Below are positions 35,001-46,430 of a stretch of DNA of 64,000 bases, piece by piece (the first letter of the stretch is position 1; the number at the start of each line of letters is the position of its first letter). Position numbers and translations under genes: made by a program. The notes under the pieces were generated by a model. That model ran no database searches, had not been told where the DNA came from, and worked only from the letters and a program-made list of their open reading frames with translations. The stretch comes from Mustelus asterias (lineage: Eukaryota), in assembly GCF_964213995.1 (NCBI RefSeq), contig NW_027590890.1, forward strand, positions 62,001 through 126,000, in the 5' to 3' direction.

Positions 35001-38000
35001 AGGGAGTGCCGCACTGTCAGAGAGTCAGTCCTGAGGGAGTGCTGCACTGTCAGAGGGTCAGTACTGAGGGAGTGCCACACTGTCAGAGGGTCAGTACTGA
35101 GGGAGTGCCGCACTGTCAGAGGGTCAGTCCAGAGGGAGTGCTGCACCGTCAGAGGGTCAGTACTGAGGGAATGATGCACTGTGGGAGGGTCAGTACTCAG
35201 GGAGTGCCGCACTGTCAGAGGGTCAGAGCTGAGGGAGTGCTGCATTGTGAGAGGGTCAGGACTGAGGGAGTGCCGCGCTGTCAGAGGGTCAGTACTGAGG
35301 GAGTGCCGCACTGTCACAGGGTCAGTACTGAGGGAGTGCCGCACTGTCACAGGGTCAGTACTGAGGGAGTGCCGCACTGTCAGAGAGTCAGTCCTGAGTG
35401 AGTGCCGCACTGTCAGAGGGTCAGTACTGAGTGAGTGCCGTACTGTCAGAGGGTCAGTACTGAGGGAGTGCCGCACTGTCAGAGGGTCTGTCCTGAGGGA
35501 GCACCGCACTGTCAGGGGGGGTGCTGCACTGTCAGAGGGCCAGGATGAGGGAGTGCCGCACTGTCAGAGGGTCAGTGCTGAGGGAGTGCTGCACTGTCAG
35601 AGGGTCAGCATTGAGGGAGTGCTGCATTGTCAGAGGGTCAGTGCTGAGGGAGTGCTGCACTGTCAGAGGGTCAGCATTGAGGGAGTGCCGCACTGTCAGA
35701 GAGTCAGTCCTGAGTGAGTGCCGCACTGTCAGAGGGTCAGTACTGAGTGAGTGCCGTACTGTCAGAGGGTCAGTACTGAGGGAGTGCCGCACTGTCAGAG
35801 GGTCTGTCCTGAGGGAGCACCGCACTGTCAGGGGGGGTGCTGCACTTTCAGAGGGCCAGGATGAGAGAGTGCCCCACTGTCAGAGAGTCAGTGCTGAGGG
35901 AGTGCTGCACTGTCAGAGGGTCAGCATTGAGGGAGTGCCGCACTGTCAGAGGGTCAATGCTGAGGGAATGCTGCACTGTCAGAGGGTCAGTGCTGAGGGA
36001 GTGCCGCACTGTCAGAGGGTCAGTACTGAGGGAGTGCTGCACTGTCAGAGGGTCAGTACTGAGGGAGTGCTGCACTGTCAGAGGGTCAGTACTGAGGGAG
36101 TGCCGCACTGTCAGAGAGTCAGGACTGGGTGAGTACCGCACTGTCAGAGGGTCAGTACTGAGGGAGTGCCGCACTGTCAGAGGGTCAGTACTGAGGGAGT
36201 GCTGCACTTTCAGAGGGTCAGTACTGAGGGAGTGCTGCACTGTCAGAGGGTCAGTACTGAAGAGGTGCTGCACTGTCAGAGGGTCAGTACTGAGGGAGTG
36301 CCACACTCCCAGAGGGTCACGACAGAGGGAGTGCCGCACTGTCAGAGAGTCAGTACTGAGGGAGTGATGCACTGGCAAAGGGTCAGTACTGACGGACTGC
36401 CGCACTGTGAGAGGGTCTGTACTGAGGGAGCACCGCACTGCCAGAGGGTGTGCTGCACTGTCAGAGGGTCAGGACTGAGGGGGTGCCGCACTGTGGGAGG
36501 GTCAGTACTCAGGGAGTGCCGCACTGTCAGAGGGTCAGAGCTGAGGGAGTGCTGCATTGTGAGAGGGTCAGTACTGAGGGAGTGCCGCACTGTCAGAGGA
36601 TCAGTACTGAGGGAGTGCCGCACTGTCAGAGGGTCAGTACTGAGGGAGTGCCGCACTGTCAGAGGGTCAGTACTGAGGGAGAGCTGCACTGTCAGAGGGT
36701 CAGTACTGAGGGCGTCCTGCACTGTCAGAGAGTCAGTGCTGAGTGAGTGCCGTATTGTCAGAGGGTCAGTACTGAGGGAGAGCCGCACTGTCAGAGGGTC
36801 TGTCCTGAGGGAGAGCCGCACTGTCAGAGGGTCAGTACTGAGGGAGAGCCGCACTGTCAGAGGGTCTGTCCTGAGGGAGCACTGCACTGTCAGGGGGAGT
36901 GCTGCACTATCAGAGGGCCAGGACTGAGGGGGTGCCGCACAGTCAGAGGGTCAGTACTGAGGGAGTGCCGCACTGTCAGAGGGTCAGTACTGAGGGAGAG
37001 GTGCATTGTCAGAGGGTCAGTACTGAGGGAATGCCGTATTTTCAGAGGGTCAGTACAGAGGGAGTGCCCCACTGTCAGAGGGTCAGTGCTGAGAGAGTGC
37101 TGCACTGTCAGAGGTTCAGTACTGAGGGAGTGCTGCACTGTCAGAGGGTCAGAACTGAGGGAGTGCCGCACTGTCAGAGGGTCAGTACTGAGGGAGTGCC
37201 GCACTGTCAGAGGGTCAGTACTGAGGGAGTGCCGCACTGCAAGACGGTTGATAGTGAGGGAGTGCTGCACTGTCAGAGGGTCAGTATTGAGGAATTGCTA
37301 CATTGACAGAGGGTCAGTACTGAGGGAGTGCCGCGCTGTCAGGGGGTCAGTCCTGAGGGAGCGCCAGACTGTCGAACGGTCAGAAGAGGGAGTGCTGCAC
37401 TGTCAGAGGGTCAGTTGTGAGGGAGCACCGCACTGTCAGAGGGAGTGCCGCACTGTCAGAGGGTCAGAACTGAGGGAGTGCCGCACTGTCAGAGGGTCAG
37501 TACTGAGGGAGTGCCGCACTGTCAGAGGGTCAGTACTGAGGGAGTGCAGCACTGTCAGAGGGTCTGTACTGAGGGAGTGCTGCACTGTCAGAGGGTCAGT
37601 ATTGAGGAAGTGCTACGTTGACAGAGGGTCAGCACAGAGGGAGTGCCGCGCTGTCAGGGGGTCAGTCCTGAGGGAGTGCCGCACTGTCAGAGGGTCAGTA
37701 CTGAGGGAGTGCCGCACTGTCAGAGGGTCAGTAATGAGGGAGTGCCGCACTGTCAGAGAGTCAGTACTGAGGGAGTGCTGCACTGTCAGAGGGTCAGTAC
37801 TGAGGGAGTACCGCATTGTCAGAGGGTCAGTACTGAGGGAGTGCCTCACTGTCAGAGGGTCAGTACTGAGGGAGTGCCGCACTGTCAGAGGGTCAGTACT
37901 GAGGGAGTGCCGCACTGCAAGACGGTTGATAGTGAGGGAGTGCTGCACTGTCAGAGGGTCAGTACTGAGGGAGTGCCGCGCTGTCAGGGGGTCAGTCCTG

Positions 38001-41000
38001 AGGGAGCGCCAGACTGTCAGAGGGTCAGAAGAGGGAGTGCTGCACTGTCAGAGGGTCAGTACTGAGGGAGTGCCGCACTGTCAGAGGGTCAATACAGAGG
38101 AAGTGCCGCACTGTCAGAGAGTCAGTACAGAGGGAGTGATGCACTGTCAAAGGGTCAGCACTGAGGGAGTGCCGCACTGTTAGAGGGTCTGTACTGAGGG
38201 AGCACCGCACTGCCAGAGGGAGTGCTGCACTGTCAGAGGGTCAGGACTGATGGGATGCCGCACTGTGGGAGGGTCAGTGCTGAGGGAATGCCGTACTGTC
38301 AGAGGGTCAGTACAGAGAGAGTGCCGCACTGTCAGGGGGTCAGTCCAGAGGGAGTGCCACACTGTCAGAGGGTCAGTACTGAGGGAACGCCAGACTGTCA
38401 GTGGGTCAGAAGAGGGAGTGCTGCACTGTCAGAGGGTCAGTACTGAGGGAGTGCTGCACTGTCAGAGAGTCAGGACTGAGTGAGTGCCGTACTGTCAGTG
38501 GGTCAGTACTGAGGGAGTGCCGCACTGTCAGAGGGTCAGGACTGAGGGGGTGCCGCACAGTGGGAGGGTCGGTACTGAGGGAGTGCTGCACTGTCAGGGG
38601 GTCAGTACTGAGGGAGTGCCGCACTGTCAGAGGGTCAGTGCTGAGGGAGTGCCTTACTGTCAGAGGGTCAGTACTGAGGGAGTGCCGCACTGTTCGAGGG
38701 TCAGGACTGAGTGAGTGCTGCACCGTCAGAGGGTCAGTGCTGAGGGAGTGCCGCACTGTCAGAGGGTCAGTACTGAGGGAGTGCCGCACTGTGAGAGGGT
38801 CAGTACTGAGTGAGTGCCGTATTGTCAGAGGGTCAGTACTGAGGGAGAGCCGCACTGTCAGAGGGTCTGTCCTGAGGGAGCACTGCACTGTCAGGGGGAG
38901 TGCTGCACTGTCAGAGGGCCAGGACTGAGGGGGTGCCGCACAGTCAGAGGGTCAGTACTGAGGGAGAGGTGCATTGTCAGAGGGTCAGTACTGAGGGAAT
39001 GCCGTATTTTCAGAGGGTCAGTACAGAGGGAGTGCCCCACTGTCAGAGGGTCAGTGCTGAGGGAGTGCTGCACTGTCAGAGTTTCAGTACTGAGGGAGTG
39101 CTGCACTGTCAGAGGGTCAGTACTAAGGGAGTGCCGCACTGTCAGAGGGTCAGTACTGAGGGAGTGCTGCACTGTCAGAGGGTCAGAACTGAGAGAGTGC
39201 CCCACTGTCAGAGGGTCAGTATTGAGGGAGTGCCGCACTGCTAGACGGTTGATAGTGAGGGAGTGCTGCACTGTCAGAGGGTCAGTATTGAGGAATTGCT
39301 ACAATGACAGAGGGTCAGTACTGAGGGAGTGCCGCGCTGTCAGGGGGTCAGTCCTGAGGGAGTGCTGCACTGTCAGAGGGACAGTGCTGAGGGAGTGCCG
39401 CACTGTCAGAGGGAGTGTCAGAGGGTCAGTGCTGAGGGAGTGCTGCACTGTCAGAGGTTCAGTCCTGAGGGAGTGCCGCACTGTCAGAGGGTCAGGACTG
39501 AAGGAGTGCCGCACTGTCAGAGGGTCAGTATTGAGTGAGTGCCGCACTGTCAGTGGGTCAGTCCTGAGGGAGCGCCAGACTGTCAGTGGGTCAGTCCTGA
39601 GGGAGCGCCAGACTGTCAGAGGGTCAGAAGAGGGAGTGCTGCACTGTCAGAGGGTCAGTACTGAGGGAGTGCCGCACTGTCAGAGGGTCAGTACAGAGGA
39701 AGTGATGCACTGTCAAACGGTCAGCACTGAGGGAGTGCCGCACTGTTAGAGGGTCTGTACTGAGGGAGCACCGCACTGCCAGAGGGTGTGCTGCACTGTC
39801 AGAGGGTCAGGACTGAGGGGGTGCCGCACTGTGGCAGGATCAGTGCTGAGTGAGTGCTGCACTGTGGGAGGGTCAGTGCTGAGTGAGCGCTGCAATGTCA
39901 GAGGGTCAGCACTGAGGGAGTGCCGCACTGTCAGAGGGTCAGTACAGAGAGAGTGCCGCACTGTCAGAGGGTCAGTCCAGAGGGAGTGCCACACTGTCAG
40001 AGGGTCAGTACTCAGGGTGAGCTGCACAGTGAGAGGGTCAGTGCTGAGGGAGTGCCGCACTGTCAGAGAGTCTGTACTGAGGGAGCACCGCACTGTCAGA
40101 GGCTCAGTACAGAGGGAGTGCCGCACTGTCCGAGGGTCAGTACAGAGGGAGTGCCGCACTGTCAGAGGGTCAGTACTGAGGGAGTGCCGCACTGTCAGAG
40201 GGTCAGTACTGAGTGAGTGCTGCACTGTGGGAGGGTCAGTACTGAGGGAGTGCCACACTGTCAGAGGGTCAGTGCTGAGGGAGTGCCGCACTGTCGGAGG
40301 GTCACTACTGAGGTTGTGCCACACTGTCAGAGGGTCAGTACTGAGGGAGTGCCCCACTGTCAGAGGGTCAGTCCAGAGGGAGTGCCACACTGTCAGAGGG
40401 TCAGTACAGAGGAAGTGCCGCACTGTCAGAGGGTCAGTACTGAGGGAGTGCCGCACTGTCAGAGGGTCAGTACTGAGGGAGTGCCGCACTGTCAGAGGGT
40501 CAGTACAGAGGGAGTGCCGCACTGTCCGAGGGTCAGTACTGAGGGCGTGCCGCACTGCTAGACGGTTGATAGCGAGGGAGTGCTGCACTGTCAGAGGGTC
40601 AGTATTGAGGAATTGCTACATTGACAGAGGGTCAGCACAGAGGGAGTGCCGCACTGTCAGGGGGTCAGTCCTGAGGGAACGCCAGACTGTCAGTGGGTCA
40701 GAAGAGGGAGTGCTGCACTGTCAGAGGGTCAGTACTGAGGGAGTGCTGCACTGTCAGAGAGTCAGGACTGAGTGAGTGCCGTACTGTCAGTGGGTCAGTA
40801 CTGAGGGAGTGCCGCACTGTCAGAGGGTCAGGACTGAGGGGGTGCCGCACAGTGGGAGGGTCGGTACTGAGGGAGTGCTGCACTGTCAGGGGGTCAGTAC
40901 TGAGGGAGTGCCGCACTGTCAGAGGGTCAGTGCTGAGGGAGTGCCTTACTGTCAGAGGGTCAGTACTGAGGGAGTGCCGCACTGTTCGAGGGTCAGGACT

Positions 41001-43691
41001 GAGTGAGTGCCGCACCGTCAGAGGGTCAGTGCTGAGGGAGTGCCGCACTGTCAGAGGGTCAGTACTGAGGGAGTGCCGCACTGTCAGAGGGACAGTGCTG
41101 AGGGAGTGCCGCACTGTCAGAGGGTCAGTACTGAGGGAGTGCCGCACTGTCAGAGGGACAGTACTGAGGGAGTACCGTAATGTCAGAGGGTCGGTACTGA
41201 GGGAGTGCTGCACTATCAGAGGGTCAGTACTGAGGGAGTGCCGCACTGTTAGAGGGTCAGTACTGAGGGAGAGCCGCACTGTTAGAGGATCAGTCCTGAG
41301 GGAGTGCCGCACTGTCAGAGGGTCAGTACTGAAGGAGTGCGGCACTGTGGGAGACTCAGTACTGAGGGAATGTTGCACTGTTAGTGGGTCAGTACTAAGG
41401 GAGTACTGCACTGTCAGAGGGTCAGTATTGAGGGAGTGCTGTTCTGTGCGAGGGTCAGAACTGAGGAAGTGCCACACTGTCAGACGGTCAGTACAGAGGG
41501 AGTGATGCACTGTCAAAGGGTCAGTACTGAGGGTGTGCCGCACTGCTAGACGGTTGATAGCGAGGGAGTGCTGCACTGTCAGAGGGTCAGTATTGAGGAA
41601 TTGCTACATTGACAGAGGGTCAGCACAGAGGGAGTGCCGCACTGTCAGGGGGTCAGTCCTGAGGGAACGCCAGACTGTCAGTGGGTCAGAAGAGGGAGTG
41701 CTGCACTGTCAGAGGGTCAGTACTGAGGGAGTGCTGCACTGTCAGAGAGTCAGGACTGAGTGAGTGCCGTACTGTCAGTGGGTCAGTACTGAGGGAGTGC
41801 CGCACTGTCAGAGGGTCAGGACTGAGGGGTGCCGCACAGTGGGAGGGTCGGTACTGAGGGAGTGCTGTACTGTCAGGGGGTCAGTACTGAGGGAGTGCCG
41901 CACTGTCAGAGGGTCAGTGCTGAGGGAGTGCCTTACTGTCAGAGGGTCAGTACTGAGGGAGTGCCGCACTGTTCGAGGGTCAGGACTGAGTGAGTGCCGC
42001 ACCGTCAGAGGGTCAGTGCTGAGGGAGTGCCGCACTGTCAGAGGGTCAGTACTGAGGGAGTGCCGCACTGTCAGAGGGACAGTGCTGAGGGAGTGCCGCA
42101 CTGTCAGAGGGTCAGTACTGAGGGAGTGCCGCACTGTCAGAGGGACAGTACTGAGGGAGTACCGTAATGTCAGAGGGTCAGTACTGAGGGAGTGCTGCAC
42201 TATCAGAGGGTCAGTACTGAGGGAGTGCCGCACTGTTCGAGGGTCAGGACTGAGTGAGTGCCGCACCGTCAGAGGGTCAGTGCTGAGGGAGTGCCGCACT
42301 GTCAGAGGGTCAGTACTGAGGGAGTGCCGCACTGTCAGAGGGACAGTGCTGAGGGAGTGCCGCACTGTCAGAGGGTCAGTACTGAGGGAGTGCCGCACTG
42401 TCAGAGGGACAGTACTGAGGGAGTACCGTAATGTCAGAGGGTCGGTACTGAGAGAGTGCTGCACTATCAGAGGGTCAGTACTGAGGGAGTGCCACACTGT
42501 TAGAGGGTCAGTACTGAGGGAGAGCCGCACTGTTAGAGGATCAGTCCTGAGGGAGTGCCGCACTGTCAGAGGGTCAGTACTGAAGGAGTGCGCACTGTGG
42601 GAGAGTCAGTACTGAGGGAATGTTGCACTGTTAGTGGGTCAGTACTGAGGGAGTACTGCACTGTCAGAGGATCAGTATTGAGGGAGTGCTGTTCTGTGCG
42701 AGGGTCAGAACTGAGGAAGTGCCACACTGTCAGACGGTCAGTACAGAGGGAGTGATGCACTGTCAAAGGGTCAGCACTGAGGGAGCACCGCTCTGCCAGA
42801 GGGTGTGCTGCACTGTCAGAGGGTCAGAGCTGAGGGAGTGCTGCACTGTCAGAGGGTCAGGACTGAGGGGATGCCGCACAGTCGGAGGGTCAGTACTGAG
42901 GGAGTGCCGCACAGTCAGAGGGTCAGAGCTGAGGGAGTGCTGCACTGTCAGATGGTCAGTACTGAGGGAGTGCTGCACTGTCAGAGGGTCAGGACTGAGT
43001 GAGTGCTGCACTGTGGGAGGGTCAGTACTGAGGGAGTGCCGCACTGTCAGAGGGTCAGTACTGAGGGAGTGCTGCACTGTCAGAGGGTCAGGACTGAGTG
43101 AGTGCTGCACTGTCAGAGGGTCAGAAATGAGGGAGTGCTGCACTGTCAGAGGGTCAGTCCAGAGGGAGTGCCGCACTGTCAGAGAGTCAGTACTGAGGGA
43201 ATGCTGCACTGTCAGAGGGTCAGCATTGAGGGAGTGCCGCACTGTCAGAGGGTCAGTACTGAGGCAGCGCCGCACTGTCAAAAGATCAGTACTTAGTGGG
43301 TACTGCACTGTCAGAGGGTCAGAGCTGAGGGAGTGCCGCACTGTGGGAAGGTCAGTGCTGAGGGAGTGCCGCACTGTCAGAGGGTCAGTACGGAGGGAGC
43401 ACCGCACTGTCAGAGGGTCAGTACTGAGGGAGCGCCGCACTGTCAGGGGGTCAGTACTGAGGGAGGGCTGCACTGTGGGAGGGTCAGTGCTGAGGGAGTG
43501 CCGCACTGTCAGAGGGTCAGTACGGAGGGAGCACCGCACTGTCAGAGGGTCAGTACTGAGGGAGCGCCGCACTGTCAGGGGGTCAGTACTGAGGGAGGGC
43601 TGCACTGTGGTAGGGTCAGTACTGAGGGAGGGCTGCACCGTGGGAGGGTCAGTGCTGAGGGAGTGCTGCACTGTGGGAGGGTCAGTACTGA
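17029..43691 (+). repeat. 33-bp minisatellite array (~26.7 kb, ~800 units), consensus CTGTCAGAGGGTCAGTACTGAGGGAGTGCCGCA
   Basis: Continuous tandem repeat, giving 11-aa periodic ORFs in three frames. Occasional 20-bp deletion units and higher-order duplications. Confidence 0.99.
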
Positions 43692-43889
43692 CTGACTCTC
43701 CTGGTCTCTACTTTCTCTCCTTCCAGGTCAGAAGTGAAGTTTCCCTGGAATGTGCACTTGGATCGAGACTGGAACAGTCTGGATATTGTGGAGAAGAGTA
43801 GAGGGGCTATTAACTTAGCAAGTCAGGAAGTGCTATTCTGGTAAAAAGGGTTTCCCTTTTTAGCAATGTGATATACAAGGAAACCTCGA

Positions 43890-44770
43890 ACAAAATGTTT
43901 TAACTCTTTTCCAAGATGTGGTGTCACTGGCGAGTCCAGCATCTCTAATTGCCCCTTGAGAAGGTGGTGGGTGAGCCGCCTTCTTGAACCGCTGCAGTTA
44001 TGAGGTGTCGCTACACACACTGTGCTGTTCGGGAAATTGGAAATCAGGAGATACTTGGCAACATGGGGAGCCGTGTGGATTTTTAAGGCTGGGGATTCTT
44101 AACAGTAAATGGCTGATAATCGGAATCTGTTGTCGAGAAGTATGAGACAGAGTCTTATTCACCATTAAAATAGAACAGAGCATGACGGGGAAATGAACTG
44201 AACTGCCGCAACCAGATGCCCCTGGTTCTTATTAACTGAAATGCAAATAAAGGAACCTGTTGGTATCCGGGATGTAAAAACCAGGCAGCTTGCTGAACTG
44301 GTTTGTTTCTGCTTTGAACAAAATGGAAATAGAATCGCCCTCCTGGCACAGGCGACAAGAGACAGATACTGATCTCACCCTCCAACCATCATGGCTCCTT
44401 TTCCATCCATTTCCCATTGCTCCCACCCCATTCCCCCCACCTCCCCCACCCTCTCACCTACTCACCCCACCCTTACCCTCTCCCCCACTCTCCCTCGTCC
44501 CAACATTGCTGCATTCTGTACCCTCCTGACCGTCCCTGCAGCTCATTTCCATCCATTCCCCCGGATAAGGAGCTGAATGGAGGTGAAGGAAAGTTTCTCC
44601 CAGCCTGGATCCATTCTGGGATCTTCCTATCAGGTATAACATCAACTGGGATCGCAACAAAGGGAATGGCTGGAACTGTCAGTGTCTCAGAGCCCGGGGG
44701 AACGAGGAGGATCTGGGGGAAACTTTCTTTGATCTTCACCAGGATTCAGCTCTTTATTGCCTGTCTTTCT
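43890..44770. repeat. Diverged duplicate (unit A) of the exon-1/promoter region
   Basis: 43920-44380 parallels 45507-45980. 44536-44556 is an exact copy of exon-1 coding sequence, and 44660-44760 parallels 46620-46733. Confidence 0.75.
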
Positions 44771-45984
44771 CTAAACTGGTTCCATCTCGGCAAGGATCCC
44801 GAAATCAGTCCCATTCCCGGACTTGAGCACTAAAACCAAGACGGACATGTCTCTTGTAGCAGAGAGTCCATTTCAGAAAGTATTTCATTGACTCTGAAGC
44901 ACTTTGAGAAATCTGGTGTTCCTGGAAATCGCAACATAAAACTGAGGAAGAGAAATGTGTTTGAATGAAAGATCAGCACTGCAATATTAACTGACTTTTC
45001 CTCTCGGCCTGACCTGCTGTGTGTTAGCTTTATTTTAGATTTCCATTATCCACAATATTTTCCTTTTCTGTTCAATGTTTAGCCTCAAACAATCACCAGA
45101 GTGTGTGTTACATTAACAACAGTCAGTAGCTGCTGATCACAGCTCCACTGGAACCTGTGCGGTTCCCCCTCCAACAATCGCTGTTTCTCAGGAGCTGTTC
45201 CCGGCTGGACCTGAAACTCCCAGTGATCCGGGATCACACTGGACCCTCACAGTAAACACTGCGTCCTTTAACTGTCTCAATTCCCACTCCAAGAAAAAAT
45301 ATCTACACGTGTCTTGAGAGAGGCTCAGATTTCCTTTGCTGGATTTTTTTCTGTTGTGAAATGTTTGGATGAAGCTCAGTATTAACGCCGGGAATATCAG
45401 GCCAGCTCTATCAGAATGGGAAAGGAAAGCAAAGATTTCCCCCACCCACCTCCCACCCACAGCTCAGCAACAAAAAAACCCGACAAATTGAACAAACTCT
45501 TTCTGGGTGTCACTGGCTAGACCAGCATTTATTGCCCATCTCTAATTGCCCCTTGAGAAAGTGGTGGTGAGCTGCCTTCATGAACCACTGCACTTTATGT
45601 GGTGTAGGTACACCTACAGTGCTGTTAGGGAAGTGGGGAATCATAGAATACTTAGCAACATGGGGAGCCGGTGGGGTGTAAGGGATGGGAAGTTTTAACA
45701 GTAAATGGCTGATAATCACAATTTAATATTGAGAAGTATGAGACGGAGAGTCATGTTCATAATAAAACAGAGAATAAAGCAATTAAATTGTGGGAGGGAA
45801 TTGAATCAGCCTCTGCCAGATGGCCAATAAGTCGTTAAATAATGGATAAGCAAAAAAAAAAGCAAATACAGGATATAAAACCAGGCAGCTGCTCAACACG
45901 TGCAACAGGACATTTCAGCATTGAACCCAATTTCAGCCGAGTTGTCTTCCAGACACAGACAGATACTCATCTCACCCTCCCCAC

Positions 45985-46190
45985 CCTGATCCCCCCACCC
46001 TCACAGGGGAAAGACCCCCACACTGATCCCCCCGCCCTCACAGGGGAAAGACCCCCACACTGATCCCCCCACCCTCACAGGGGAAAGAGACCCACACTGA
46101 TCCCCCCACCCTCACAGGGGAAAGACCCCCACACTGATCCCCCCACCCTCACAGGGGAAAGAGACCCACACAGATCCCCCCCTTTCCCCC
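45985..46190. repeat. ~37-bp tandem repeat (CCCTCACAGGGGAAAGACCCCCACACTGATCCCCCCA) x~5
   Basis: Direct inspection. It is G-run-rich on the gene's sense strand, just inside intron 1. Confidence 0.9.
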
Positions 46191-46213
46191 CGGCTCTGAG
46201 ACACTGACAGTAC

Positions 46214-46234
46214 CTGCAGCTCATTTCCATCCAT
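46214..46234 (-). CDS. B7/BTN-like gene exon 1 coding part (MDGNELQ)
   Basis: ggaATGGATGGAAATGAGCTGCAG|gtactg has a good Kozak context, and its phase-0 donor matches the phase-0 acceptor of exon 2. GC and ETS boxes lie just upstream. Confidence 0.65.
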
Positions 46235-46299
46235 TCCGCACACAGGGACCAGCTCGGAGACTCCACACTGAGAGCAGGAAGGACACAAACACATTTACT

Positions 46300-46430
46300 G
46301 TCACGCTGAGCAGGAAATGGGGCGGGACCTGCTGCGGTTCCATTCACACAGAGAGGCGGTGCTGACCATCCCCGCTCTCTGCTCCCTCTCCCCGGGTGTG
46401 GGCTGGACAGTTTCCCGGGAGCCGGCACTC
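46300..46430 (-). promoter_or_regulatory. Putative TATA-less promoter (GC box + ETS site)
   Basis: GGGGCGGGA at ~46319-46327 is adjacent to CAGGAAAT at 46311-46318, ~80-90 nt upstream of the ATG, in a locally CpG-richer stretch. Confidence 0.45.

Noticed and set aside
17029-43691. CRISPR-like array
   Set aside because: Units are contiguous with no unique spacers, there are no cas genes, and the context is vertebrate.
17029-43691. Ig switch-region or RSS array (WRCY/RGYW in AGTACT; CACTGTG/CACAGTG variants)
   Set aside because: Heptamer matches are sporadic variants with no nonamer at 12/23 spacing. The G-rich strand is the template strand for the host gene, opposite to switch regions.
17002-43801. 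Very long ORFs (up to 1292 aa) of VRHSLSTDPLT / RECRTVRGSVL / EGVPHCQRVST repeats
   Set aside because: The 33-bp unit is a multiple of 3 and lacks stops in these frames. ORFs are open on both strands at once and are broken randomly by 20-bp units, with no sign of coding constraint.
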